Counted from the stretch's first letter, positions 31,807-44,761 are shown. The stretch: 64,000 nucleotides of DNA from an uncultured Methylomirabilota bacterium (GCA_963845565.1 CAWJSJ010000005.1:672001-736000), one strand, 5' to 3'. The notes: a model not told the origin generated them from the sequence alone. Numbers and translations are program-made.

Positions 31807-33631
31807 ATGGCCCGGGGATGGATTGGTCTGTTCGCCATGGCGCTGACGTTCAGCGCGTGCGCCACGCCCATCAGTGTCATCCAGGTGGATTCCCAGACCG
31901 CTCAGCGGGCGCTGACGCGGAACGTGCTCTCCGCCGGCGAACCGAGCCCATTCTCGCAGATCGTCCTCAACCGGGCCAATTTGTACGAGCAATTCGCCGA
32001 GAACCCCGAGGCGGCGCTCTGGACGCTTCACGCCGAGTTTGTGTCCGGGCGGCAGGGCGAGAACCAACTGTTCGCTCTCGCCGAACTCTCTTTCCTTCAT
32101 GCGGAGCGCACCAAGAAACAGCCGCTACTATCTCGCGGCGGCTCTCTACGCCTATGCCTTTCTGTTCCCACCGCCCGGGACGCCGACCGCTGATCCGTAT
32201 GATCCCCGGTTCCGGAACGCCAGCGACCTCTTCAATCGCGCCCTCACCGGGGCGCTCCGATCTCCGGACGGGACCTATGGAGACTTCCGGGACGCGGTCC
32301 TGCCGCTCCCCTTTGGTGAGATGGCGATCGCCTTCGACCCCGCGCAGCTCACCTGGCTGGACCGGCGCCTGACCGACTTCGTCTCGGTCGCCGATGTGGA
32401 GGTCAAGGGACTGCGGAACCGATATCGCCGCACCGGCGTGGGGGCGCCCTTTGCCGCGTCCACGGTGGCCGGCGCCGCGCGACCCGGTCTCGACATCCCG
32501 CTCCGGCTGAAGGTGCCGGTCACCGCCTTTCTCCGGATCGACGACCCGTGGGCGCAGCTCAAGACCACACGGCTCCGCGCCACGCTGGAGCTGTACAGGA
32601 CGTTCGAGACGGACGCGGTCCAGGTCGGGGGCCGGCCCGTCCCGCTGGAGGCGGAGCCCACGGCGGCGCTGGCCGCCATGCTGAGCGGGTCAGCAGCCTG
32701 GGATTTCGAGCTGGGCGGTTTCCTCTTCGGGGATCTCTTGCGCCAGCGCACGCCGACCCAGCTCGCGGCGCTCGAGCCGTACCAGCCCGGCCGGATCCCG
32801 GTGGTCTTTATCCACGGGACGGCCTCCAGTCCGGCGCGGTGGGCCGAGATGTTCAACGAGCTCCAGAACGACCCCCGACTCCGCCCGCATTACCAGTTTT
32901 GGTTCTTCACCTACGAGACCGGGAATCCGGTCCTCTACTCGGCCATGCGCCTCCGCGAATCGCTGGAGACCGCGCTGCGGACGGTCGATCCCGGCAATCA
33001 GGACCCAGCCTTGCGCCAGATGGTGCTCATCGGCCACAGCCAGGGCGGCCTCCTGGTGAAGCTGATGGTCGTGGACCTGGAAGGAGAGATCCGCGCCCAG
33101 TTGGGCTCGGCGCTGGACAGTTCCGGGTTATCCGACGAGGCGCGCGACCTCGCACAACGGATAGTGGCGGTGCGGCCGCTCCCCTTCGTCCGCCGGGTCA
33201 TCTTTCTTGCCACGCCGCACCGGGGAAGCTACGTGGCCGGTAATTGGCTGCCGCACCAGATTGCCCGTTTCGTTCGACTGCCCGGTCAGCTTCTCCGCGT
33301 CACCGAGGACATCTTGCTGCGGGACCCCGAATTGGCCGTGCGGTACCGCGGCCGGTTGAGCAGCGTGGACGCGATGACGCCGGGGAGCCCCCTGATCACG
33401 GAGCTGGCCCCGGCCCCCCTGGCCCCTGGTGTCATCGGCCATTCCATCATTGCCGTAAAAGGGGACGGGCCGTTCCGGCAAGACACCGATGGCGTGGTCG
33501 CGTACGAAAGCGCCCACCTGGACGGCATGGCGTCCGAATTGGTCGTCACCTCGGGTCACTCCGTCCAGCAAAACCCCGAGGCGATTGAGGAGGTGCGGCG
33601 GATCCTCCTGGAACACGCCACGCGACCGTGA
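31807..33631 (+). CDS. Lipoprotein alpha/beta hydrolase (lipase/esterase) 1; frameshift near 32120
   Basis: FSAC lipobox; IPVVFIHG, GHSQGG, TPHRGS, DGVV, GHS. Confidence 0.85.
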
Positions 33632-33870
33632 CGCCCGATGCGAGCTGACCAATGACCAATCGCCACCGCGTACCAGCGACGCCTGATCCGTTCCGGACCG
33701 CCGCCCCCAAGGGTTCTTATTAAGCCCGCATTGTGCGCGAGTTGTGTTCGCGAATAATGCGGTCTGGCACTGGCGTTGGGTGACCGTTGCAAGCGGCTCA
33801 GTCTCTCGACGGGGTTGGGTGGCGGTCGATAGGCGCTTGGTGCGCTGGGATAAAGCAGCATGGAGGTCGC

Positions 33871-35893
33871 ATGAGAGGTGTGTCCGTTCGCATTCTTGTC
33901 CTTCTTCTTCTGACCCTCGCCGCGCCGCAGCCTTCCCGCGGTTTCGATTCCGCCAACATGGACACCAGCGTCAGTCCCTGCGTCGATTTCTACCAGTACG
34001 CGGTGGGTGCCTGGGAAAAGCGCACCACCATTCCCGCCGAATACGGCAAATACGGGGTGGACCAGGAGGTCGAAGGGCGCACGTTCGCCATTGTGAAGGG
34101 CATCCTCGAAGGCGCCGCGGCGGACCGGTCCGCCCCCAAGGGGTCCGAGCGGCAGAAGGTGGGGGATTTCTTCGCGGCTGGCATGGATGAGGCCCGCATC
34201 GAGCAGGAGGGGGTGCGGCCCTTGGAGCGTTTCCTCGCCCGCATTGCCGCCGTCCGGGATCGCAACGCGCTGGCTGTCGAGATCGCCCTCCTGCAGGTAA
34301 TCGGGACCGGCGCGGCCTTCCGGCTAGAGGTGGGCCCGGACGACCGGAACAGCGGCGTGAACATCCTGCAACTCTCCCAGCAAGGCCTCGGCTTGCCGGA
34401 TCGGGACTATTACCTGAAGCAGGATGCGCAATCCACAGACGCTTCGCGGAGAGTACCTGGCGCACCTCACGCGGATGTTTGGCCTGCTGGGTGACCCCGT
34501 GCCCACCGCCGCGCGAAACGCGCAAACCGTGATGCGACTGGAAACACGGCTCGCCCGGGCATCCATGACGCGGACGGAGACCGACGACCCCGTCGCGACG
34601 TATCACAAGATGAGCCGGACGATGCTCGCCAAGCACGCACCCGGCTTTGCCTGGGATGCGTACTTTCGGGCCCTGGGACTGGAGGGCGCGGGGCCCCTCC
34701 TCGTGCGCCAGCCCGCGTTCTTCAAGGAGTTGGGCCGGATGGCCCAGGGCGTTCCCCTTCCGGAGTGGAAGACGTATTTGCGCTGGCACCTTCTCCGCGC
34801 CACGGCCGGTTACCTGAGTTCCCCTTTCGAGCGCGAAGCCTTCGCCTTCAACGGGACCACCCTCGAGGGGACGCCGGCGCTTCCGCCGCGATGGAAGCGC
34901 GTGCTCGCCGAAACCGACGCGGCCCTGGGCGAGGCGCTGGGCAAACTCTATGTCGAGCGCGCTTTCAGCCCGCAGGCCAAGCAGAAGGCGTTGGAGATGG
35001 TGGCGAACCTCCGGGCTGCGCTGCGGGCGCGCCTCCAGCGGCTGGAGTGGATGGGGGAGGCCACCAAGGCGAGCGCCCTGGTCAAGCTCGACGCCATGCA
35101 CCTGAAGATCGGCTATCCCGACGTCTGGCGCGACTACGGCGCCTTGCAGGTCAGCCGGACCGGGTATCTGCGGAACGTCCTCGCCGCCCGACGCTTCGAG
35201 TTCCAGCGCGGGCTGGCCAAGGTGGGCAAGCCCGTGGATCGCGCCGAGTGGTCCATGACACCGATCACCAACAACGCCTTCTATGAACCCACGCGGAATG
35301 AACTGGTGTTTCCCGCGGGCATCCTGCAGCCGCCGTTCTTCGACCCCGCGGCGGACGATGCCCTGAACTACGGGAATATCGGCGCCACGATCGGCCACGA
35401 GATGACCCATGGGTTCGACGACGTGGGCCGACAGTACGACGCCCAGGGCAACCTGCGGGACTGGTGGACCGCCGCCGACGAGAAGGCGTTCACGGAGCGG
35501 GCCGCCTTGCTGGTGAAACAGTTCGTTGCCTTCGAGCCGATCCCCGGCATGCACATCAACGGCACGCTGACCCTCGGAGAGAACCTCGCCGACCTGGGAG
35601 GCCTCTCCATTGCCTACGACGCATTCGAGCGGTCCCGGCAGGGCAAGTCGGCGGCAGTTCCGCAGGACGGGTTCACGCCGGAGCAGCGCTTCTTCCTGAG
35701 CTATGCGGAGACCTGGCGGTTCAAGCACCGGGAGGAGACCCTGCGGGCCCGCCTCCTGACGGACGAGCACGCGCCCCCCAAGTACCGAGTCCTGGGCCCC
35801 CTGGCCAACCTGCCGGAGTTCGCCGCGGCCTTCAACTGCAAGCCCGGCGATGCGATGGTGCGCCCTGCGGGGGATCGGCCGAACAACTGGTAA
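33871..35893 (+). CDS. M13 (neprilysin/PepO-like) metallopeptidase; frameshift near 34440
   Basis: PCVDFYQYA, NAFY, GILQPPFF, GHEMTHGFDD, GENLADLGG. Confidence 0.93.
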
Positions 35894-36369
35894 CCCGGTG
35901 ACAATCGGTGCGGAACCCCACTGGCATATTTCGCCCTCCACGACCAACTGGCCGAGGCATCCTGCTTGGCCGGGACAGCGTAACGACAGCTCTCACTGAA
36001 CTCCGGTGATAGGCGAACTCGGTTCGCCTTTTCGGGACCGGTTCCACTTGGATTGCGACGTCGTCGCCCGCTCGACGGGAACCTGTGTCCTCGCTTTCCC
36101 GCCTCAGCTTTTCCGTCTATACCCGTGGGTCGGATTCGTGATATAGGTAAAAAACAACCGGCCACGACTTGACGGGCGCTAGCGCTCACCTAATTGAGAG
36201 CGATGTTCCGGCGCCCCCCAAGCCAGAATCGTACCACCTGGAACGGACCTCATGGGTACGCTCTCCCTGGCTTGTCTCATCACACATTCGAACTGGAAAA
36301 GATCCCGCTTGGCCCACCGACGCTCGGCGCGGTGGAGCCATTGGAAGGACCGGGCTGCCTGGAAGGCTG

Positions 36370-36579
36370 ACGTGGGTCTTCGGGACGGTGACGGATCCGA
36401 GCAAGCTGCCCGGCGCCGTTGTGTCCATGAATCCTTATATGGCCGCGGCCCGCTTTGTGATGGAGAAGAATGCGACAGAAAAAGACGTGAGGCACACCAG
36501 CAAAGAGATCGTGAGCGAGATCCTGAAATATCAGGACAAATTCCGGGAGCAGGCCGAGTCTCCGCAATCGGCCAAATGA
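36370..36579 (+). pseudogene. C-terminal gene fragment (DUF4410-like)
   Basis: KLPGAVVSMNPYMAAARFVMEKNATEKDV; no credible N-terminus. Confidence 0.4.
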
Positions 36580-36627
36580 TCGTCCGGGGCGCCGGTGCCC
36601 CACGGTGGGTGTCAGGAGGAATCATCC

Positions 36628-37962
36628 ATGTGCTCCATGCGTTGGTCGGCGCTCCGACGGCAAAGCTCGTTCGTCGCGAGCGTCTTCGGCGCGACGCTGC
36701 TACTCCTTGGGCTCGTCGCGTGTGAAAAGGTCAAGGGCGCGGCCACTCAGAAACAGACTCCGACCGGCCCACCACCCGCCGTCATCGTGACCCCCGTTCT
36801 GCAGAAGACCGTCCCCATCTTTCTCGAATTCGTCGCCCGCACGGATGCCGTGGAAACGGTGGAAGTTCGCGCTCGGGTACAGGCCTATCTTCGGGAGCAG
36901 CATTTTCGGGAAGGCACGTTGGTCCAGAAGGACGAACTTCTATTCACGTTGGACAAGCGACAGTACGAGGCCGAGCTTCGACAGGCGCGGGGACAGCTTG
37001 CCAAAGCGAAGGCCGAGCTCGTTTTCGCCCAGGACAAGGCGAACGTCGAGACCGCCAAGGCGAACGTCGGAATCGCCAAAGCCAACCTGGCCAAGGCCGA
37101 CAATGACGTCAATCGCCTAAAGCCCCTGGCCGAGAAGCAAGCCGTCCCGAAGCAGGATTACGACACCGCCCTCACGTCCCAGCAGGCGGCCCGGGCCGAC
37201 GTGGAATCCCGCACGGCCCAGCTGGCAACGGCAGAGGTGAACCAGAGGGCCGCCATCGAGAAGGGTCATGGGAGCGTGGAGCAGGCGGAAGGCGACGTTG
37301 CGCTGGCGGAGCTGAATCTCAGCTATTGTACGATCCGGGCCCCCATCGCCGGCCTGATCGGCGAGCGCAAGGTCGCGCCGGGCAATCTCGTGGGACGCGG
37401 CGAGGCCACGCTGCTGGACACGTTATCCAGCGTCGATCCCATCCGCGTCTATCTGGCCGTCAGCGAGGCGGACTATTTGAACTTCATGACTCTGCGGAAA
37501 GGACCGACGAAGGGGATTGGCGAGGGACTCGATTTGACCTTGGCGAACGGCAGTGTGTTTCCCCACAAGGGCCGCATCGTCATCGCCGACCGGGCCGTGG
37601 ACGAAAAGACCGGAACCCTTTCGTTGATCGCCGAATTCCCGAATCCGGATGGGCTACTCCGGCCCAACCAGTTCGGCCGCGTTCGGATGGCCGGCCGCAC
37701 GATCGAGAATGCTCTGCTGGTGCCGCAGCGCGCCGTCACCGAGTTGCAGGACGCGAAGGCCGTCTATGTCGTCGGCCCTGACAACAAGGTGGCCATGCGG
37801 ACGGTGGACGTGGGTGAGCCCTACGAAAGCTTCTTCATCGTCATGGGCGGGGTGAAGGCTGGGGACCGGGTCATCACGGAAGGCGTCGTGAAGGCCCGGC
37901 CCGGCATGCTTGTGCAGGCGACTGAAGCGCCTGCAGTTCCTCAGAACGCGGCCAAACCATAG
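36628..37962 (+). CDS. RND efflux periplasmic adaptor (AcrA-like, extended hairpin)
   Basis: VEVRARVQAYL, NLSYCTIRAPIAGLIG, VDEKTGT, LLVPQRAV. Confidence 0.93.
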   Translation: MCSMRWSALRRQSSFVASVFGATLLLLGLVACEKVKGAATQKQTPTGPPPAVIVTPVLQKTVPIFLEFVARTDAVETVEVRARVQAYLREQHFREGTLVQKDELLFTLDKRQYEAELRQARGQLAKAKAELVFAQDKANVETAKANVGIAKANLAKADNDVNRLKPLAEKQAVPKQDYDTALTSQQAARADVESRTAQLATAEVNQRAAIEKGHGSVEQAEGDVALAELNLSYCTIRAPIAGLIGERKVAPGNLVGRGEATLLDTLSSVDPIRVYLAVSEADYLNFMTLRKGPTKGIGEGLDLTLANGSVFPHKGRIVIADRAVDEKTGTLSLIAEFPNPDGLLRPNQFGRVRMAGRTIENALLVPQRAVTELQDAKAVYVVGPDNKVAMRTVDVGEPYESFFIVMGGVKAGDRVITEGVVKARPGMLVQATEAPAVPQNAAKP

Positions 37963-37977
37963 AAGGATTAGCGCCGC

Positions 37978-40900
37978 ATGGCCCGTTTTTTCTTGCAGCG
38001 CCGCGTCTTTGCCATCGTCATTTCTCTCGTCATCACGTTGGCGGGGACATTGGCACTCTTCCATTTGCCCATCGCGCTCTATCCACAGATCACGCCACCC
38101 GTAGTCCGGGTCCAAACCACCTACACGGGTGCCAGCGCAGAGGTTGTCGAGCAGTCCGTCGCCACCCCGATCGAGCAGGAGATCAACGGCGCCGAGGGGA
38201 TGCTATACATGTCCTCGAAGAGCTCCTCGGACGGCCGGTACGTCCTGGACATCACGTTTGGCCTGGGGCGGGACGCGGACCTGGCCATGGTGGACGTGCA
38301 GAACCGGCTGTCGAAGGCCGAGGCCAAGCTGCCGCAAGAGGTGCTGAGCTTTGGCGTGACGGTGAAAAAGCAATCGCCGTCCATGCTGATGGTCCTGACG
38401 CTGTACTCTCCCGACAACAGCTACGACGCCGTCTTTCTGAGCAACTACGCGACGCTGAACCTGGTGGATCCCATCAAGCGCATTCCGGGCGTCGGGGACC
38501 TCACGATCGCGGGGCAGCGCGATTACGCGATGCGGCTGTGGCTCCGGCCTGACAAGCTGGCGAAGCTTGGTCTGACGGCCGATGACGTGACGCGAGCCAT
38601 CCAGGAGCAGAACAAGCAGGCCGCCAGCGGCCAGATCGGCCAGCCGCCCGCGAAGGCCGGGGTGGATTTCCAGTACACGGTGAACGTCAAGGGACGGCTG
38701 GCCGCGAGCAAAGAGTTCGGGGACATCATCCTCCGGGCGCAGCCCGACGGCTCCATCCTGCGGATCAAGGACGTGGCCCGGACGGAGCTGGCGGCCCAGG
38801 ACTACAACAACATCGGGCGCCTGAACGGCGTGCCGGCCACGGTGCTCATCGTCTACCAGCTCTCCGACGCCAACGCCCTGGAAACGGCCAGGGGTGTGAA
38901 CACGCTGATGGGGGAGTTGAGCCACTACTTTCCCCCGGGCCTCGCGTACGAGGTGAGCTACGACAACACCCGCTTCATCACCGCCTCGCTGGAGGAGGTC
39001 GTCCACACCTTCTTCGAGGCCCTCCTCCTCGTGGCCCTGGTCGTGTTCCTCTTCCTCGGGACCGTCCGCGCCACCCTCATCCCCATGCTGGCGGTCCCGG
39101 TCTCCATCATCGGGACCTTCGCCGCCTTCGTCCCCCTCGGCTTCTCCATCAACACGCTCACCCTCTTCGGCCTGGTGCTCGCCATCGGGATCGTGGTGGA
39201 CGACGCCATCGTGGTGGTCGAGGCGGTGGAGCACCACATCGAGCAGGGGCGCCCCCCTTCGAGGCCGCGAAGCACGCCATGGCCGAGGTTGCGGGCCCGG
39301 TGGTGGCCATCGCCCTGGTCCTCTGCGCGGTGTTCGTGCCCGTCGCCTTCCTGGGCGGGATCACCGGCCAGCTCTACCGGCAGTTCGCCCTCACCCTGTC
39401 CATCTCCGTCCTCCTGTCCGCCCTGGTGGCGCTGACCCTCACCCCGGCGCTCTGCGTGATGATCCTCCGCCCGCGCACGCGGATGCGGGGCCCCGTCGGC
39501 GCCGCCCTCCGGGCCTTCAACGCCGGCTTCGCCCGCCTCACGGCCGGTTACACCACCGGGGTGCGCTGGGCGATTCGCGGCTGGCCCGTGACCCTCGCCG
39601 TTCTCCTCGGCCTCGCCGCCCTCGCGTTCGGCCTCCTCCGGACGCTCCCCACGGGGTTCGTGCCCAATGAAGACCAGGGCGTCCTGTTCGTCGCCTTCAT
39701 CCTGCCGGATGGCGCCTCGGTGGAACGTACGGATGCCGTGACACGGCGGGCGGAAGAGTTCCTCAAGAAGCTGGATGGCGTGCAGAGCGTTGTGACCATG
39801 GGCGGGCTGAACATCCTGACCAGCGTCTTCACCTCGAACAACGCCACAATCATCGTGAGCCTCAAGCCCTGGAGCGAGCGGACGACGGCGGACACCCGCC
39901 TCCGTACAATCTTTGCGAAGATGCGCCGAGAATTCAGCAGCTACCCGGAGGCGGTCGCCCTGGTCATGCCCCCGGCGCCGATCCCAGGGCTTGGAACGGC
40001 GGGAGGTTTTCAGTTCGAGCTGCAAGATCAGTCGGGGCAGTCGCCCGGAGCCCTCGACCACACCGCCCGCCAGTTCCTCGCCGCCGCGGCCGAGCGCCCG
40101 GAACTCAGCGGGCTCTTCACCGCCTTCCGCACCACCGTCCCCCAGGTGAAGGTGGACCTCGACCGGGAGAAGGTGAAGACCCTCGGCATCCCGGTGAACA
40201 CGGTCTTCGACAGCCTCCAGACCTACCTCGGGGGCCTGCTGGTGAACGACTTCAACCGGTTCGGGCGGACCTGGAAGGTGAAGGTGCAGGCCGAGCCGGA
40301 GTTCCGCCTCGCCCCCCGGAACATCCAGAACATCTACGTCCGGACCCAGACGGGCAGCATGGTCCCCCTGAGCACGCTGGCCACGGTGAAAGCCAGCGTC
40401 GGCCCCGACATGCTCCAGCGCTACAACCTCCTGCGGGCCGCCGAGGTAAGCGGCGCGGCCGCCCCCGGGTACAGCTCGGGCCAGGCCCTCCAGGCCATGG
40501 AGGAGGTCGCGCAGGCGACCCTGCCCCAGGGCTTCGGCTACGAGTGGACCGGCACGGCCTTCCAGGAGAAGGCGGCGAGCGGCGCCCAGGCCCTCATCTT
40601 CGGCCTCGCCCTGGTCCTGGTGTTCCTCTGCCTCGCCGCCCAGTACGAGAGCTGGGGCATCCCCTTCGGGGTCCTCCTCGGCATCCCCATCGGGGTGGCC
40701 GGGGCGTTCCTGGCCGTCTGGCTGCGCGGTCTCACCAACGACGTCTATGTCCAGATCGGCCTGGTCATGCTCATCGGTCTGGCCGCCAAGAACGCCATCC
40801 TGATCGTCGAGTTCGCCAAGGAGAAGCACGAGCGGGACGGCCTCCCCCTCGTGGAGGCCGCCCTCCAGGGCGCCCAGCTGCGCTTCCGGCCCATCCTCAT

Positions 40901-41135
40901 GACCTCGTTGGCCTTCATCCTGGGGGTGGTCCCCCTCGTGATCGCCCGGGGCGCGGGCGCCGCCTCCCGCTGGTCGCTCGGCACGGCGGTCTTCGGCGGC
41001 ATGCTCGCCGCCACCGCCCTCGGCGTCATCATCATCCCGGTCCTCTTCGTGACGATCGAGCGGCTCCTCGCCCGGCTGCGGGGCCCGGCGGGGACACAGG
41101 CGGACGCGTCCCGCGCCGCCGAGGGCGAGTCCTGA
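37978..41135 (+). CDS. HAE1 RND permease copy 1 (1-bp deletion near 39253)
   Basis: YPQITPP, GIVVDDAIVVVE, GLAAKNAILIVEFA, RFRPILMTS; the indel is visible against copy 2. Confidence 0.93.
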
Positions 41136-41154
41136 TGAGAGGTGACTGTTAGCC

Positions 41155-44100
41155 ATGGCGCAGTTCTTCCTCACCCACCGTGTCTTTGCGATTGTCATCT
41201 CTCTGGTCATCACGCTGGCGGGGGTGCTGTCTGTCTTTGGACTCCCCATCAGTCTGTACCCACAGATCAGCCCGCCCGTGGTCAGGGTCGAGACCACCTA
41301 CACGGGCGCCAGCGCCGAGGTTGTGGAAGAAACCGTGGCCGTCAATATCGAGTCGCAGATCAACGGCGCCGAGGGGATGCTGTACATGTCCTCCAAGAGC
41401 TCCTCGGACGGCCGGTACGTCTTGGACATCACGTTTGGCCTGGGGCGGGACGCGGACCTGGCCATGGTGGACGTGCAGAACCGCTTGCAGCAGGCCACGG
41501 CCAAGCTGCCGCAAGAGGTGGTGAGCTTCGGCATCACGGTGAAGAAACAATCGCCGGACAAACTGATGGTGATCTCGCTGTTCTCGCCGGATCAAAGCTA
41601 TGATGCGGTCTTCCTCAGCAACTACGCCTCCATCAACCTGGTCGATCCCATCACGCGGGTCCCCGGCGTCGGCAACCTCACGATCGTGGGGCAGCGCGAT
41701 TACGCGATGCGGCTGTGGCTCCGGCCCGACAAGCTGGCGAAGCTCGGCCTGACGGCCGATGACATCACGAATGTGATCAAAGAGCAGAACGTGCAAGCGC
41801 CCGCGGGCCAGATCGGCCAGCCGCCCGCGAAGGCCGGGGTGGATTTCCAGTACACGGTGAACGTCAAGGGGCGGCTGGCGACCTCGAAGGAATTCGAGGG
41901 CATGGTGGTGCGGACGTTGCCCGACGGCTCCATCCTGCGGATCAAGGACGTGGCCCGGACGGAGCTGGCCGCCCAGGACTACAACAACATCGGGCGCCTG
42001 AACGGCGTGCCGGCCACGGTGCTGGAGGTCTATCAACTCCCGGGGGCGAACGCGCTCCAGACCGCCGACGGAGTACGAAAAGCGCTCGAGCGGTTGGCCA
42101 CATTCTTTCCGCCCGGCCTGACCTATGAAATCAGCACGGACAACACCCGCTTCATCACCGCCTCGCTGGAGGAGGTCGTCCACACCTTCTTCGAGGCCCT
42201 CCTCCTCGTGGCCCTGGTCGTGTTCCTCTTCCTCGGGACCGTCCGCGCCACCCTCATCCCCATGCTGGCGGTCCCGGTCTCCATCATCGGGACCTTCGCC
42301 GCCTTCGTCCCCCTCGGCTTCTCCATCAACACGCTCACCCTCTTCGGCCTGGTGCTCGCCATCGGGATCGTGGTGGACGACGCCATCGTGGTGGTCGAGG
42401 CGGTGGAGCACCACATCGAGCAGGGGCGCCCGCCCTTCGAGGCCGCGAAGCACGCCATGGCCGAGGTCGCGGGCCCGGTGGTGGCCATCGCCCTGGTCCT
42501 CTGCGCGGTGTTCGTGCCCGTCGCCTTCCTGGGCGGGATCACCGGCCAGCTCTACCGGCAGTTCGCCCTCACCCTGTCCATCTCCGTCCTCCTCTCCGCC
42601 CTGGTGGCGCTGACCCTCACCCCGGCGCTCTGCGTGATGATCCTCCGCCCGCGCACGCGGATGCGGGGCCCCGTCGGCGCCGCCCTCCGGGCCTTCAACG
42701 CCGGCTTCGCCCGCCTCACGGCCGGTTACACCACCGGGGTGCGCTGGGCGATTCGCGGCTGGCCCGTGACCCTCGCCGTTCTCCTCGGCCTCGCCGCCCT
42801 CGCGTTCGGCCTCCTCCGGACGCTCCCCACGGGGTTCGTGCCGGACGAGGATCAGGGATACTTCTCCGTGGCCTTCATCTTGGCGGACGGCTCGTCAATG
42901 GAGCGCGCCGATGCGGTGGCGCGACGGGCCGAGGGTTTCTTGCGCACAGTGGAGGGCGTGCAGAGTGTCGTGACGCAGACCGGAAGGAACATCCTCACAG
43001 ACGTGTACAGCTCCAACAATGCCAGCCTGATCGTGAACTTGAAACCCTGGGAGGAGCGCCGGACCCAGGGCACGCAGCTTGCGGCAATTCTCGATCGCGC
43101 CCGCCGCGAGTTCAGTACGTATCCCGATGCGTTGGCGCTCGTCTTCACGCCCCCGCCGATCCCCGGCCTGGGAAACGCCGGGGGGCTGCAGTTCGAGGTG
43201 CAGGACCGGGCAGGCCGAGGCTCGCGCGAACTCGACCACACCGCCCGCCAGTTCCTCGCCGCCGCGGCCGAGCGCCCGGAACTCAGCGGGCTCTTCACCG
43301 CCTTCCGCACCACCGTCCCCCAGGTGAAGGTGGACCTCGACCGGGAGAAGGTGAAGACCCTCGGCATCCCGGTGAACACGGTCTTCGACAGCCTCCAGAC
43401 CTACCTCGGGGGCCTGCTGGTGAACGACTTCAACCGGTTCGGGCGGACCTGGAAGGTGAAGGTGCAGGCCGAGCCGGAGTTCCGCCTCGCCCCCCGGAAC
43501 ATCCAGAACATCTACGTCCGGACCCAGACGGGCAGCATGGTCCCCCTGAGCACGCTGGCCACGGTGAAAGCCAGCGTCGGCCCCGACATGCTCCAGCGCT
43601 ACAACCTCCTGCGGGCCGCCGAGGTAAGCGGCGCGGCCGCCCCCGGGTACAGCTCGGGCCAGGCCCTCCAGGCCATGGAGGAGGTCGCGCAGGCGACCCT
43701 GCCCCAGGGCTTCGGCTACGAGTGGACCGGCACGGCCTTCCAGGAGAAGGCGGCGAGCGGCGCCCAGGCCCTCATCTTCGGCCTCGCCCTGGTCCTGGTG
43801 TTCCTCTGCCTCGCCGCCCAGTACGAGAGCTGGGGCATCCCCTTCGGGGTCCTCCTCGGCATCCCCATCGGGGTGGCCGGGGCGTTCCTGGCCGTCTGGC
43901 TGCGCGGTCTCACCAACGACGTCTATGTCCAGATCGGCCTGGTCATGCTCATCGGTCTGGCCGCCAAGAACGCCATCCTGATCGTCGAGTTCGCCAAGGA
44001 GAAGCACGAGCGGGACGGCCTCCCCCTCGTGGAGGCCGCCCTCCAGGGCGCCCAGCTGCGCTTCCGGCCCATCCTCATGACCTCGTTGGCCTTCATCCTG

Positions 44101-44316
44101 GGGGTGGTCCCCCTCGTGATCGCCCGGGGCGCGGGCGCCGCCTCCCGCTGGTCGCTCGGCACGGCGGTCTTCGGCGGCATGCTCGCCGCCACCGCCCTCG
44201 GCGTCTTCATCATCCCGGTGCTCTTCGTGACGATCGAGCGGCTCCTCGCCCGGCTGCGGGGCCCGGCGGGGACACAGGCGGACGCGTCGGTCGGCGAAGT
44301 CCGGGAGAACCCATGA
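41155..44316 (+). CDS. HAE1 RND permease copy 2
   Basis: 1053-aa intact ORF with the same proton-relay motifs. Confidence 0.95.
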   Translation: MAQFFLTHRVFAIVISLVITLAGVLSVFGLPISLYPQISPPVVRVETTYTGASAEVVEETVAVNIESQINGAEGMLYMSSKSSSDGRYVLDITFGLGRDADLAMVDVQNRLQQATAKLPQEVVSFGITVKKQSPDKLMVISLFSPDQSYDAVFLSNYASINLVDPITRVPGVGNLTIVGQRDYAMRLWLRPDKLAKLGLTADDITNVIKEQNVQAPAGQIGQPPAKAGVDFQYTVNVKGRLATSKEFEGMVVRTLPDGSILRIKDVARTELAAQDYNNIGRLNGVPATVLEVYQLPGANALQTADGVRKALERLATFFPPGLTYEISTDNTRFITASLEEVVHTFFEALLLVALVVFLFLGTVRATLIPMLAVPVSIIGTFAAFVPLGFSINTLTLFGLVLAIGIVVDDAIVVVEAVEHHIEQGRPPFEAAKHAMAEVAGPVVAIALVLCAVFVPVAFLGGITGQLYRQFALTLSISVLLSALVALTLTPALCVMILRPRTRMRGPVGAALRAFNAGFARLTAGYTTGVRWAIRGWPVTLAVLLGLAALAFGLLRTLPTGFVPDEDQGYFSVAFILADGSSMERADAVARRAEGFLRTVEGVQSVVTQTGRNILTDVYSSNNASLIVNLKPWEERRTQGTQLAAILDRARREFSTYPDALALVFTPPPIPGLGNAGGLQFEVQDRAGRGSRELDHTARQFLAAAAERPELSGLFTAFRTTVPQVKVDLDREKVKTLGIPVNTVFDSLQTYLGGLLVNDFNRFGRTWKVKVQAEPEFRLAPRNIQNIYVRTQTGSMVPLSTLATVKASVGPDMLQRYNLLRAAEVSGAAAPGYSSGQALQAMEEVAQATLPQGFGYEWTGTAFQEKAASGAQALIFGLALVLVFLCLAAQYESWGIPFGVLLGIPIGVAGAFLAVWLRGLTNDVYVQIGLVMLIGLAAKNAILIVEFAKEKHERDGLPLVEAALQGAQLRFRPILMTSLAFILGVVPLVIARGAGAASRWSLGTAVFGGMLAATALGVFIIPVLFVTIERLLARLRGPAGTQADASVGEVRENP

Positions 44317-44761
44317 AAAACGGCGCGCATTGCCCCGCTGGCCAAGATCGTCCCCCTCCCGCTGTGCGTCGTCGGTCCTGACTGGCACCGACCAGGGGCG
44401 GACGTCACTGACGCGTGCCGCGCTCTTCCAGAACGGCAGATGGGTCGGGCCTCGATCGGGCCCGAAAACCGACGTCATAACGCTATGCGACGAGACGCAA
44501 CCGCACGGGCCACAACGGCGGCGAACGGTGGGTTTCTCCGGAATCGAACGTGAGATGCCCCACCCCTCGAGACCGCTGGCGTGTCCCCTGTCGCAGCGTG
44601 GTACACACCGAGGCCGTCGCGATCTCCGTGGAAAAGCCGTGAGCGCTCCGGGGTCCTGAGGGGACCGGTGAGTCGAGACGGGGGCAGATAGGTTGGCCTG
44701 CGACGATCTTTCTTGAGCTGTGGAGCCGGAACCGCGAATTCCGCCATGGAGGTGGCAGTCG

